NCBI GenBank assembly: GCA_038245195.1
Contig: JBBRSU010000002.1
Coordinates: forward strand, 35,091-99,090
Source: Candidatus Saccharimonadales bacterium
GTDB lineage: Bacteria > Patescibacteriota > Saccharimonadia > Saccharimonadales > UBA10212
Reading direction: 5' to 3'
Length of the DNA stretch: 64,000 bases
Under the pieces are notes generated by a model. It searched no databases and was not told the origin of the DNA. It saw only the letters and a program-made list of their open reading frames with translations. Shown here piece by piece: positions 54,936 through 63,317 of the stretch (the stretch's first letter is position 1; each line of letters opens with the position of its first letter). The position numbers and the translations under genes were made by a program.

Positions 54936-55798
54936 TCTTGCTCCGATCGGATTTTGCCACCCAAAGTCCGCAGTTCTTTCAAAGCTTTGATGGCCTGTTC
55001 GTGATTAGGCGGAGCACCATGCCAATGAAAATCATATTCCATAAAATCAACGCCCTTGCCAGGCACAGTGTGAGCGATTATCATTACCGGTTTTTCAACG
55101 ATAGCCTTAGCCATTTGGCAGGCATCAACAATCGCCTCAACATCGTTACCATCAATCTCTAGTACATGCCAGCCAAAACTCTCCCACTTATCTCGTAAAT
55201 TTTCCAAAGGCATGATGGTTTCGGTTGGTCCATCAATTTGAATATTGTTTCTATCAGTTATAGCAATGACATTATTAAGATGATACTTGCTAGCTAGCAT
55301 GGCGGCCTCCCAAATATTGCCTTCGTCTTGTTCACCGTCGCTCATGCCAACATAAACCCAGCGGTGCATTTGTTTATCCATCCTCATTGCCAAAGCCATA
55401 CCTACAGCTTGCGATAGACCTGAACCCAGCGGTCCACTAGTGGTTTCCAGGCCCGGTAAGCGCTGGCGTTCTGGGTGACCCTGCAAGCGCGTCCCAAACT
55501 GGCGAAGAGTCATCAGTTCTTTACGCGAAAAATAGCCAGCATTAGCCATAGCCGCATAGCGTACCGGCACACAGTGGCCATTAGATAGGACCAAAATATC
55601 GCGTTCTTCCCAACTAGGGTTATCCGGATCGTGCTTTAGGACTTTAAAATATAGGGCCGCATAAATGTCAGCCAGCCCCAGCGGCCCAGCACTATGCCCA
55701 CTACCAGCATGTTCCAGCATTTTTATAATATCGATTCGAATTTGATTGGCTTTTCGTTCGATGTCAGCTATTGAGTAATTTTTTTTAGTTTTGGGCAT
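54932..55798 (-). CDS. Transketolase, N-terminal (TPP-binding) subunit
   Basis: 288 aa: GHSAGPLG, and GDGEQDEGNIWEA-like (SDGEQDEGNIWEA), the TPP motif. Confidence 0.93.
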   Translation of the reverse strand: MPKTKKNYSIADIERKANQIRIDIIKMLEHAGSGHSAGPLGLADIYAALYFKVLKHDPDNPSWEERDILVLSNGHCVPVRYAAMANAGYFSRKELMTLRQFGTRLQGHPERQRLPGLETTSGPLGSGLSQAVGMALAMRMDKQMHRWVYVGMSDGEQDEGNIWEAAMLASKYHLNNVIAITDRNNIQIDGPTETIMPLENLRDKWESFGWHVLEIDGNDVEAIVDACQMAKAIVEKPVMIIAHTVPGKGVDFMEYDFHWHGAPPNHEQAIKALKELRTLGGKIRSEQE

Positions 55799-55825
55799 TG
55801 TGCTTATGCATTATATCTTAAAAGC

Positions 55826-56470
55826 TTAGGTCGTACCGGTTTCTTCGGCAATTCGCTCTAGCACTTTATAGGCGTGTTCCGGATTGGTAGAGTTTTGGAT
55901 ATAACCGCCGACATTAAGCACATCAACTCCACCACCAGCCAAACGCGAGGCGTTCTGATCGTTTACTCCACCGTCCCAACCAATTTCAATCGAGGGCTTG
56001 TGATGTTTAAGTATCTGAGCATGGTTAAGTAAACCAAGGTTAGCATGGCCGCCGAACTTACCTAAATCTCCGCTAAATATCAAAACATGGTCAATCCTAG
56101 GTAGTGCCGAGATAATTGATTCGATAGGAGTTTTTGGTAAAACCGCCACGCCAATTTTAACCCCCTGCCGGTGGCATATTTCAGCAAACGAAGCAAAGTT
56201 ACCATCGGCTTCAGCGTGGACGATAATCATATTAGGTTTGTGCTGTAAAATAATGTCGACTGCCGAATCAGGCCGATGGAACATTAAATGAAAGTCAGCT
56301 AACACACCAACTGGCCACCATGCATCATCGGGTTTTATGGTTTGGGTTTGGGCAAATCGGCCATCTGTTAAGTCAATTTGAATCCGCTTTGCAAACTGAC
56401 CAACCTTTTCCATTTGGCTATGATACTGCTGGGTAGTTTCGGCCAAAATCGAGGGGCTGACAATGGCCAT
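55826..56470 (-). CDS. rpe: Ribulose-phosphate 3-epimerase family protein (divergent)
   Basis: 214 aa and colinear with RPE: SPSILA, IDLTDG, FHLM, KFGG, WDGGV. The first His of the H-x-D motif is Gln. Confidence 0.75.
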   Translation of the reverse strand: MAIVSPSILAETTQQYHSQMEKVGQFAKRIQIDLTDGRFAQTQTIKPDDAWWPVGVLADFHLMFHRPDSAVDIILQHKPNMIIVHAEADGNFASFAEICHRQGVKIGVAVLPKTPIESIISALPRIDHVLIFSGDLGKFGGHANLGLLNHAQILKHHKPSIEIGWDGGVNDQNASRLAGGGVDVLNVGGYIQNSTNPEHAYKVLERIAEETGTT

Positions 56471-56967
56471 TAATGTTCCAGTCTGTCGAGCTTATCAATC
56501 CGCCGAACATGTCGCGATTCTTCGCTAAATGGGGTCTCTAACCAAATTTTAATTACTTGTTTCATGTCATTTAGAGAAACGAACCTGGCCGCTAGACTCA
56601 ACATATTGGCGTTATTATGTTGGCGGCTGAGTCTAACTATTTCATAAGGACTGCTGCTAACTCGCCCGTTGGCATCGATAATCCGTCCAACTACGGCCGG
56701 GCCATAAAATACTGCACACCTCACACCTTTAAAGCGATTAGCTGCCATGGCTTCGCCTTGCCCACTGCCACCCAAAATTATACCCATATCAGCACTGCTC
56801 TCCGATACCGACTGTGCAGCTTTAAAAATAAAATCTGGATAATCATCGCTAAGATTTAGAGTCTCTGGCCCATAATTACTACACTCATGGCCCAGCTCCT
56901 CTAAATACAGCTGCAGATCTTTCAGCTGTTCATAGCCGGTATGGTCGGTTGCTAGAGCAATTTTCAT
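56470..56967 (-). CDS. rpiB: Ribose-5-phosphate isomerase B
   Basis: MKIALATDHTGYE...GILGGSGQGEAMAANRFKGVRCA, which is the RpiB/LacAB family. I trimmed the start to ATG 56967. The longer track ORF overlaps the gap 3' end. Confidence 0.9.
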   Translation of the reverse strand: MKIALATDHTGYEQLKDLQLYLEELGHECSNYGPETLNLSDDYPDFIFKAAQSVSESSADMGIILGGSGQGEAMAANRFKGVRCAVFYGPAVVGRIIDANGRVSSSPYEIVRLSRQHNNANMLSLAARFVSLNDMKQVIKIWLETPFSEESRHVRRIDKLDRLEH

Positions 56968-56980
56968 ATTAATACTTTCG

Positions 56981-58273
56981 CTAAAAGTTGTGGGCCTGAG
57001 TTGAGCCACTAGATGTTGGGTAAATCGCCGGCGGGTTATCGCTACGGGTGTGAGCACCTTCATCTAAAGGCTCGGTAGCTGTTGTTCCCTCAGCTGGTGA
57101 ATGGACTTCAGTCGATAAGTGCGGTTGTTCAACAACTGCACCAACTGGTGGTGGTAAGAAATCTCCCACTTTTGGCGAGCTTAAAAGCTCTTCGGGCTCC
57201 GGAAGTTCTTGTTTAGGTTTATCGTCGGTTTCCAGCACAACATCATTGCCACCATTTAATATCCGACCGGTATCGGCCGTTAACTCAACCAAACGGTTTG
57301 AATAACCCCACTCGTTGTCATACCAAGCCACTACTTTCAATAAATTGCCGCCGACAACATTAGTTAGGCCCAAATCCACAATCGCCGAGTGGCTATTGCC
57401 AATAAAATCAGTGCTAACTAGTTCCTCTTCGGTCACGTCCAAAATACCCTGATAAAACGGATTCTGTGAAGCTTTTTTGAAAGCGTCGTTGACTTCTTCA
57501 ACTGTCACCGCGCGCTTAGTGACAATTACGAAATCGGCCAATGATACGACTGGGGTCGGTACACGAACTTCAAAACCACCAAAAATCCCTTTGAGTGATG
57601 GTAGGGCTTTAGCTGCGGCTATCGATGCACCGGTGGTAGTCGGGACGATATTTTCAGCGGCCGCTCGGCCATCACGCAGAGCTTTACCTCCCGGAGCGTC
57701 TTGTAATTTCTGACTGGCTGTATAGCTATGGATGGTTGTCATCATCAGCTTCTCGATACCAAAAGTGTTTTGAATAACTGCCGCTACCGGTGTTATACAG
57801 TTAGTAGTACAGCTGGCATTGCTAATGATATCAATGCCGTCCTTAAGCTTATCTTCATTTACGCCCAGCACGATTGTGTCGGCCGAATCAGCATTATCGC
57901 CTTTGGCGGGGGCACTAATAATAACTCGTTTGGCACCAGCCGTTATATGAGCCCGGGCTTTATCAGGATCCACAAAAAACCCAGTCGATTCTATAACTAC
58001 ATCTATTGCCATATCCTTCCATGGCAAATTAGCCGGGTCTTTTTCGGCTAGAACTTTGATTGGTTGGCCGTTAACGATTAGGTTGTGCTCGTCATAAGTA
58101 ACTTCGTGCTGATAAGCCCCGTAAGCACTATCGTGCTTTAGTAAATAAGCCAGAGTTTTTGTATCAGTTAAGTCGTTAAGCGCCACAACTTCTAGATCAG
58201 GTCGCTGAAAGGCAATCTTAAAAGCATTACGCCCAATCCGGCCAAACCCATTAATCGCAATCTTTGTCTTCAT
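56981..58273 (-). CDS. gap: Glyceraldehyde-3-phosphate dehydrogenase with a ~91-aa Pro/Glu-rich C-terminal extension
   Basis: 430 aa: INGFGRIGR, SNASCTTNC, WYDNEWGYSNRLVEL, then a non-homologous tail to the stop at 56981. Confidence 0.95.
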   Translation of the reverse strand: MKTKIAINGFGRIGRNAFKIAFQRPDLEVVALNDLTDTKTLAYLLKHDSAYGAYQHEVTYDEHNLIVNGQPIKVLAEKDPANLPWKDMAIDVVIESTGFFVDPDKARAHITAGAKRVIISAPAKGDNADSADTIVLGVNEDKLKDGIDIISNASCTTNCITPVAAVIQNTFGIEKLMMTTIHSYTASQKLQDAPGGKALRDGRAAAENIVPTTTGASIAAAKALPSLKGIFGGFEVRVPTPVVSLADFVIVTKRAVTVEEVNDAFKKASQNPFYQGILDVTEEELVSTDFIGNSHSAIVDLGLTNVVGGNLLKVVAWYDNEWGYSNRLVELTADTGRILNGGNDVVLETDDKPKQELPEPEELLSSPKVGDFLPPPVGAVVEQPHLSTEVHSPAEGTTATEPLDEGAHTRSDNPPAIYPTSSGSTQAHNF

Positions 58274-58310
58274 TCCACCACCTTTTTTAACATAATCGTT
58301 TTATGCTCTT

Positions 58311-58339
58311 ATTGTACGGTCTGAGAGAAGTATTGGCAA
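58311..58339 (-). promoter_or_regulatory. Candidate promoter of the gap-rpiB-rpe-tkt-fba operon (TTGCCA-17-TACAAT)
   Basis: Minus-strand read: TTGCCAATACTTCTCTCAGACCGTACAAT. A ~37-nt leader follows, with AAGGTGGTGGA directly before ATG 58273. Confidence 0.55.
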
Positions 58340-58873
58340 CTATTTGCCGGTGGCCCGGGCCTGTGAGTCGATGATAACTTTTTTAGCATCGTCCGAGTTA
58401 CCCCAGCCTTTGAATTCAACTTTTACACCCTGCCAGTTATTCTTCCAATCTTTGTAGTGAGTATAAAATTGCTCTACCTGTTTTTTAAAGTTAGGGTCGA
58501 TATCATCCAGCTCTTTAATGTGCTCGTGGCTAATGTCTTTGGCTGGCACACAAATAAGCTTTTCGTCGCCTTCACCATCGTCAATCATGTAAAGTACGCC
58601 GACTGCCCTGGCTGGCACCACGGCACCGTGGACTACTGGCTCGTCAATTAAAAGTAGGGCGTCCAGTGGATCACCGTCTTCGCATAGGGTGCCCGGAACA
58701 TAACCGTAATCTGCTGGATAAGTTGCCGTGGTGGCATTAACTCTATCGAGGGTTAAACGCCCAGTGTCTTTATCGAATTCGTACTTATTTTTCCCACCAC
58801 CTTTTTGAATCTCAACTATAATATTCACTTCTTCCGGTACATTATTGCCAATCGCCACGTCTTGGTATGCCAT
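58340..58873 (-). CDS. ppa: Inorganic pyrophosphatase (family I)
   Basis: 177 aa: YPADYGYVPGT, DGDPLDALLL and DEKLI motifs. Confidence 0.95.
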   Translation of the reverse strand: MAYQDVAIGNNVPEEVNIIVEIQKGGGKNKYEFDKDTGRLTLDRVNATTATYPADYGYVPGTLCEDGDPLDALLLIDEPVVHGAVVPARAVGVLYMIDDGEGDEKLICVPAKDISHEHIKELDDIDPNFKKQVEQFYTHYKDWKNNWQGVKVEFKGWGNSDDAKKVIIDSQARATGK

Positions 58874-58907
58874 TATCTACTCCTTGTTACCTGTAATTTT
58901 AACTAGT

Positions 58908-59894
58908 TTATGCTTCGCCGTAAAGGGTGGCAACGGCTGAGGTGCTGGTTTTTTCGTGGTTTTCTAAATATTCACGAATCATTAGGGCCGAGGTAGCTCC
59001 TTCGCCAGTAGCGCTGGCAATTTGCATGGTAGCACCAGATCGAACATCGCCGGCTACAAAAATCCCAGGAACATTGGTCATCAACCGTTCGTCACTTTTA
59101 ATGAATCGTCTTTCGTCTAGTTCAATTCCCGAACCGTCCAAAAACTTGGTGTTAGGATCAAGGCCTACAAAGACAAATACACCATCGGTTTCAATCTCTA
59201 CCCTCTTACCAGTGGTCTTATCGCTACCAATTACCTTAACAACGTGGTTGTCTTGGCCGATAATTTCGTCAGTTGTAGTATTGAAGTGAACAGTTATTTT
59301 GTCTTTATGTTTTTCCACTAGCTCCTGCTGTAACACCTCACTAGCCCGAAGTTTATCACCTCGAACCAATAAATCGATGTGGCTCGCAAAACGAGTTAAA
59401 AACATGCCTTCTTGGACAGCCGAATTACCGCCACCTACCACCACTAGCCGTTTATCCCGATAAAACGCCCCGTCGCAAGTCGCGCAGTAGTGCACTCCGC
59501 GAGCGTAGTATTCCATTTCGCCAGGCACTCCGATTTTTCGATAATCACTCCCAGTGGCTACCAAGACCGCTTTGGCTTTAATTTCACCACTAGTTGTCTC
59601 GAGTTTTATTAATTTATCAGCTTTGGAGATTTTCAAAACTTCACCAAGCTCAATTTTGGCACCAAAGCGTTCGGCTTGGGCTCGCATTGCATCACCTAGT
59701 TCTAAACCAGCTATGCCTTTTGCGAAGCCCGGATAGTTATCAATCCAGTCTGTTACCGCCGCAAGGCCGCCAATTGCACCTTTTTCGAATAATAAAGTGT
59801 CGATGTCCTCGCGCGAGGTATATAACGCCGCACTCAGCGCTGCCGGGCCGGCCCCTACAACAACTAAATCGTATTCCTTCTTTTCGAGTTCCAT
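58908..59894 (-). CDS. trxB: Thioredoxin-disulfide reductase
   Basis: 328 aa with FAD GxGxxA (VVGAGPAALSAA), the redox CATCDG motif, and NADPH GGGNSAVQEG. Confidence 0.93.
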   Translation of the reverse strand: MELEKKEYDLVVVGAGPAALSAALYTSREDIDTLLFEKGAIGGLAAVTDWIDNYPGFAKGIAGLELGDAMRAQAERFGAKIELGEVLKISKADKLIKLETTSGEIKAKAVLVATGSDYRKIGVPGEMEYYARGVHYCATCDGAFYRDKRLVVVGGGNSAVQEGMFLTRFASHIDLLVRGDKLRASEVLQQELVEKHKDKITVHFNTTTDEIIGQDNHVVKVIGSDKTTGKRVEIETDGVFVFVGLDPNTKFLDGSGIELDERRFIKSDERLMTNVPGIFVAGDVRSGATMQIASATGEGATSALMIREYLENHEKTSTSAVATLYGEA

Positions 59895-59902
59895 TGGCCT
59901 TA

Positions 59903-60154
59903 TTAAGCCACCGCCGGTGCTAGTTGGCCTAAGTTGTAACCGACTACTACTTGTCTGGTGTTATCGTCTTTAGTTACAACCGTGATAGGGACGGTTAGTG
60001 CACCATTGCTCAGCTCGTAAGCCTCTTGATTTCGCTCGGGGTTGTCGTCTAGATTAACCACTTGGTAACTATGACCTTTTAGATCTAAAAAGCGCTTGAC
60101 CATTCCGCAGTAGGAACAAGCGTTAGTAGTAAATATCGTGATGTCTTTAGCCAT
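59903..60154 (-). CDS. nrdH: Glutaredoxin-like protein (NrdH-type)
   Basis: 83 aa with a CSYC redox motif in a thioredoxin-fold context and TVPITVV. It is adjacent to trxB. Confidence 0.8.
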   Translation of the reverse strand: MAKDITIFTTNACSYCGMVKRFLDLKGHSYQVVNLDDNPERNQEAYELSNGALTVPITVVTKDDNTRQVVVGYNLGQLAPAVA

Positions 60155-60197
60155 CGTATACCCCTTTATTGAGTGTTAATTTTGGTGTCTTTAAACT

Positions 60198-60226
60198 AGT
60201 TTAGCTAGCGTAGCGGTCTAAGTCAA
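60198..60226 (-). promoter_or_regulatory. Candidate promoter for nrdH-trxB-ppa (TTGACT-17-TAAACT)
   Basis: Minus-strand read: TTGACTTAGACCGCTACGCTAGCTAAACT. The -35 lies in the loop of a 7-bp hairpin (TAGCGGT...ACCGCTA). AAGGGG lies 7 nt before ATG 60154. Confidence 0.4.
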
Positions 60227-60263
60227 TACCGCTAGATGTAGTGTTTTTAGCACCATTGCGGCA

Positions 60264-60821
60264 CTATTTTACGGCCAGTAGTGTGATGTCAAAAACTAAA
60301 TCAGAGTTGGGTGGAATTCCGGCCACACTTTGGGCACCATAAGCGTATTGGGCCGGGATTAGCAGTCGGCGTTGGCCGCCAATTCTCATGCCAGGAATGC
60401 CGGCAGTCCACCCCTGAATGACTCCACCGCTTAAGCTGGCCGTGAATGGTTGTCCAGTGTCCTCAGAGCTTTGGAAAATCGTGCCATTGGAAGCTAAGGC
60501 CCCAGTGTAAATAGCGGTTACGGATGAGGTAGCTGTGGCGATTGTGCCGTTGCCAACTTTCATATCCTGGCATTGTAAATAATCGATATGCTTAATCGGA
60601 GTAAAGCCAGCCAGCTTAGCACCTTCTAGTTTGCCGTTCTTCTTAGACTGTTTGGCGGTAACAGGTTTAATTGGACATTTTAAATAGTTATGGGCCTGGG
60701 CATTGCTGCCCCCGTTATGAGTATTGGTCCAAAATGCATAGACTCCAACGCCCAATGCTGTCACCACGAATAGCAGTGCCATAAAGCCCCATATTGCTCG
60801 ATGAACGTGTTCCTTTTTCAT
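60264..60821 (-). CDS. FKBP-type peptidyl-prolyl cis-trans isomerase, membrane-anchored
   Basis: 185 aa with an N-terminal TM helix and an FKBP C-domain (GGVIQGWTAGIPGMRIGGQRRLLIP...LVFDITLL). Confidence 0.88.
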   Translation of the reverse strand: MKKEHVHRAIWGFMALLFVVTALGVGVYAFWTNTHNGGSNAQAHNYLKCPIKPVTAKQSKKNGKLEGAKLAGFTPIKHIDYLQCQDMKVGNGTIATATSSVTAIYTGALASNGTIFQSSEDTGQPFTASLSGGVIQGWTAGIPGMRIGGQRRLLIPAQYAYGAQSVAGIPPNSDLVFDITLLAVK

Positions 60822-63317
60822 TTATATCCTTTCAGCCTTTAACTTAGTTTTTGCCTTTGTGCTTAGCTCGTCCAAAATCTTGTTAGATTCATCGGTGGTC
60901 AATGTTCTATTTGGTTGAGACAACGATATTCGCCAGGTTATCTGGTAGTGGGAAGCGTCTTTAGTGCGCTCAAAAATATCTAATGTCTCAATATCGTAAC
61001 GATAACCATCTTTTACAGATATCTTATCTAGCTCATCCCAAACAAACCTATCAGCCTGACCATATTTTATTGTAGCTGGCAGCCGTAGGCAAATGTCTTG
61101 GGTAAGCGATGGGAATCGATTCAGCATCCTATAGATTAGTTCTTGTTGAGCTTCATAAAGATTCGGAATATCTAGCTCGAACATCGATGTACTTGCCGGT
61201 AATTTAAGAGTTGTTCTTAAGTTTAAGTTTGGCTCGCCGATAATTCCAAGCATCTTATCCCCTGAGCAAACGACGGCCGAGCGTGACGGCTCAAAGCTAT
61301 TCATCCAGGTTGTTTTGGTTGTTTTTTCGACGTCCGTAAGTGGCAGGTATTCTATGTCAGTTATGTTTAAACGGCCAAACAGATACTCGGCAATTGCTAC
61401 AGCCTGATAATAAGCGGCCCCTTTAGTATATGGGTTAACGGCAACTAAACTGAGAACCTCATTTTCAATCGGCAGGCCGGTTTGATCTAAACGACCTTTT
61501 AGGTGAAATTTACCGATCTCAAATAAACCGAAGACATCAAAGCCAGCCTTTTGGTTGGGATGGATTTTTTCTAACAAACTAGGGACTAAACCTAGACGAT
61601 AATATTGTAGCTCGGGACTGACGGCGTTCCGGATGTGAAAGGCTTCGCTTGAGTCCTGACCGGCAGTTTCAATCAAACGCTCTGGCACGAAGCTATAAGT
61701 TAGTACCTCATTTGTCCCAGCACTTGCCATGATGTTTCTAAGCTTAGTCTTGAATTCGGTGCCAACATCTTTAGTCGCTGGTGTTAAGTCTTTTTTAGGC
61801 AGAGTAATTGGCAACTTGTCGTAACCAAACAAACGACCGACTTCTTCAACAATATCTTCCGGAATTTCAATATCAGTCCGCCAGAATGGCACTGTGACCA
61901 CTAAATCATGATTGCCATTGACTTCGAATTCGACGTTTTGAAGTAACTTTTTGATTTCGCTAGGGCTCAGCTTTAGGCCAAGACGGTCATTAACGAAACC
62001 GACACTGACTTTTACGGTTTGTTTTTTGGCTTTAAAGTGGATGTCGTCAATTAGCGGACTTGCTAGCCGGCCACCGGCTAGCTCCAACAAATCATGAGCA
62101 GTTTTTACTAAAACTGGGAGGTTTTGACGGGGACTCTGGTTTTTAGTAAACCGAGTAGCAGCATCTGTAAATAAGCCATACGCCATAGCTGTGCGACGAA
62201 TGGTGTTCATGTCAAAGTTAGCGCACTCTAAAATAATATTCATGGTGCACTCATCAACTTCGGTGTCGGCACCGCCCATAACTCCAGCCAAACTAATTGG
62301 TTTGTGGCCATCTGTAATCACAACCGCTGGTTGGTCAAACTTTATGGTCTTGCCATTTAACAGCTTTAGCGTCTCGCCGGTTTTACTCATCCGAGTGCCT
62401 AAAACTCCAGTTTTTACTTTGTCATAATCGTAAGCGTGCAGAGGCTGGGCTGTAGCTAACATAAACCAGTTGGTTATATCCACAATATTATTGATTGGTC
62501 TAACTCCAGAGCGGATCAAAAAGCTTTGCAACCAAATCGGGCTGGGACCAACTTTGATATTTTTAATAGCAACGGCACAAAACCGCGGGACCATATCGGG
62601 CAGTTGGTTTTTAATCGATAATTTTAAGACATTTTTACGCCCATCGATAGGCAAACTGGCATTTTCTTTGTACCAATCGGGGCTTTTGAAAGCTTTATGT
62701 GATATGCCGGCCAGCTCACGAGCTACTCCAAGAATCCCGAAGCAATCAGGTCTATGGGTAAACATCTTGTTTTCGATATCAATTACTACGTCATCGAGTT
62801 GTAAGTTTTTGGCAAAACTATCACCTGGTCGGCCGGAATCTAAAACCATTATGCCTTCGTGATTATCGCCGAGAGCTAGTTCTTTGGGGCTAGCCAGCAT
62901 GCCGTGGCTGGTTTTATTCCTAATGGGACGGGATTCAATCACAAATGGTTCTTTATCAAACGATACTGGAACCGTCGCTCCTGGTGGAATCCAAACCGCC
63001 AGCTGGCCGGTTCTAACATTGGGAGCACCACATACCACCTGGATTAAGTTGTTATCGTCTCGCTTTACTGTTTTGTTGGCGCCGCCATCATCCACCAAAC
63101 ATAGGCTGAGCTTATCGGCATTGGGATGTTTAACACAGCTAACCACTTCTATCACCAAGATACCCTTGTAGCGCTCGCCGAGTTTTATGACTTCCTCAAC
63201 CGCACCTAACTGAGAGCCTATTTTATCTATTAATTTATCAACGTCGGTTAGCTCAGAACTGTTACTCGTTCCGTAATTGGTGTTCATCAAGCGAATCCAA
63301 TTTAAGCTAACTTTCAT
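60822..63317 (-). CDS. pheT: Phenylalanine--tRNA ligase beta subunit
   Basis: 831 aa with an N-terminal tRNA-binding OB domain and B3/4, B5 and FDX-ACB domains. It has an ATGA overlap with pheS. Confidence 0.95.
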   Translation of the reverse strand: MKVSLNWIRLMNTNYGTSNSSELTDVDKLIDKIGSQLGAVEEVIKLGERYKGILVIEVVSCVKHPNADKLSLCLVDDGGANKTVKRDDNNLIQVVCGAPNVRTGQLAVWIPPGATVPVSFDKEPFVIESRPIRNKTSHGMLASPKELALGDNHEGIMVLDSGRPGDSFAKNLQLDDVVIDIENKMFTHRPDCFGILGVARELAGISHKAFKSPDWYKENASLPIDGRKNVLKLSIKNQLPDMVPRFCAVAIKNIKVGPSPIWLQSFLIRSGVRPINNIVDITNWFMLATAQPLHAYDYDKVKTGVLGTRMSKTGETLKLLNGKTIKFDQPAVVITDGHKPISLAGVMGGADTEVDECTMNIILECANFDMNTIRRTAMAYGLFTDAATRFTKNQSPRQNLPVLVKTAHDLLELAGGRLASPLIDDIHFKAKKQTVKVSVGFVNDRLGLKLSPSEIKKLLQNVEFEVNGNHDLVVTVPFWRTDIEIPEDIVEEVGRLFGYDKLPITLPKKDLTPATKDVGTEFKTKLRNIMASAGTNEVLTYSFVPERLIETAGQDSSEAFHIRNAVSPELQYYRLGLVPSLLEKIHPNQKAGFDVFGLFEIGKFHLKGRLDQTGLPIENEVLSLVAVNPYTKGAAYYQAVAIAEYLFGRLNITDIEYLPLTDVEKTTKTTWMNSFEPSRSAVVCSGDKMLGIIGEPNLNLRTTLKLPASTSMFELDIPNLYEAQQELIYRMLNRFPSLTQDICLRLPATIKYGQADRFVWDELDKISVKDGYRYDIETLDIFERTKDASHYQITWRISLSQPNRTLTTDESNKILDELSTKAKTKLKAERI

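Noticed and set aside
56968-57063. N-terminal 32 codons of the longest rpiB ORF
   Set aside because: They overlap the gap 3' coding region in another frame. The conserved RpiB sequence begins at MKIALATDHTGYE (ATG 56967).
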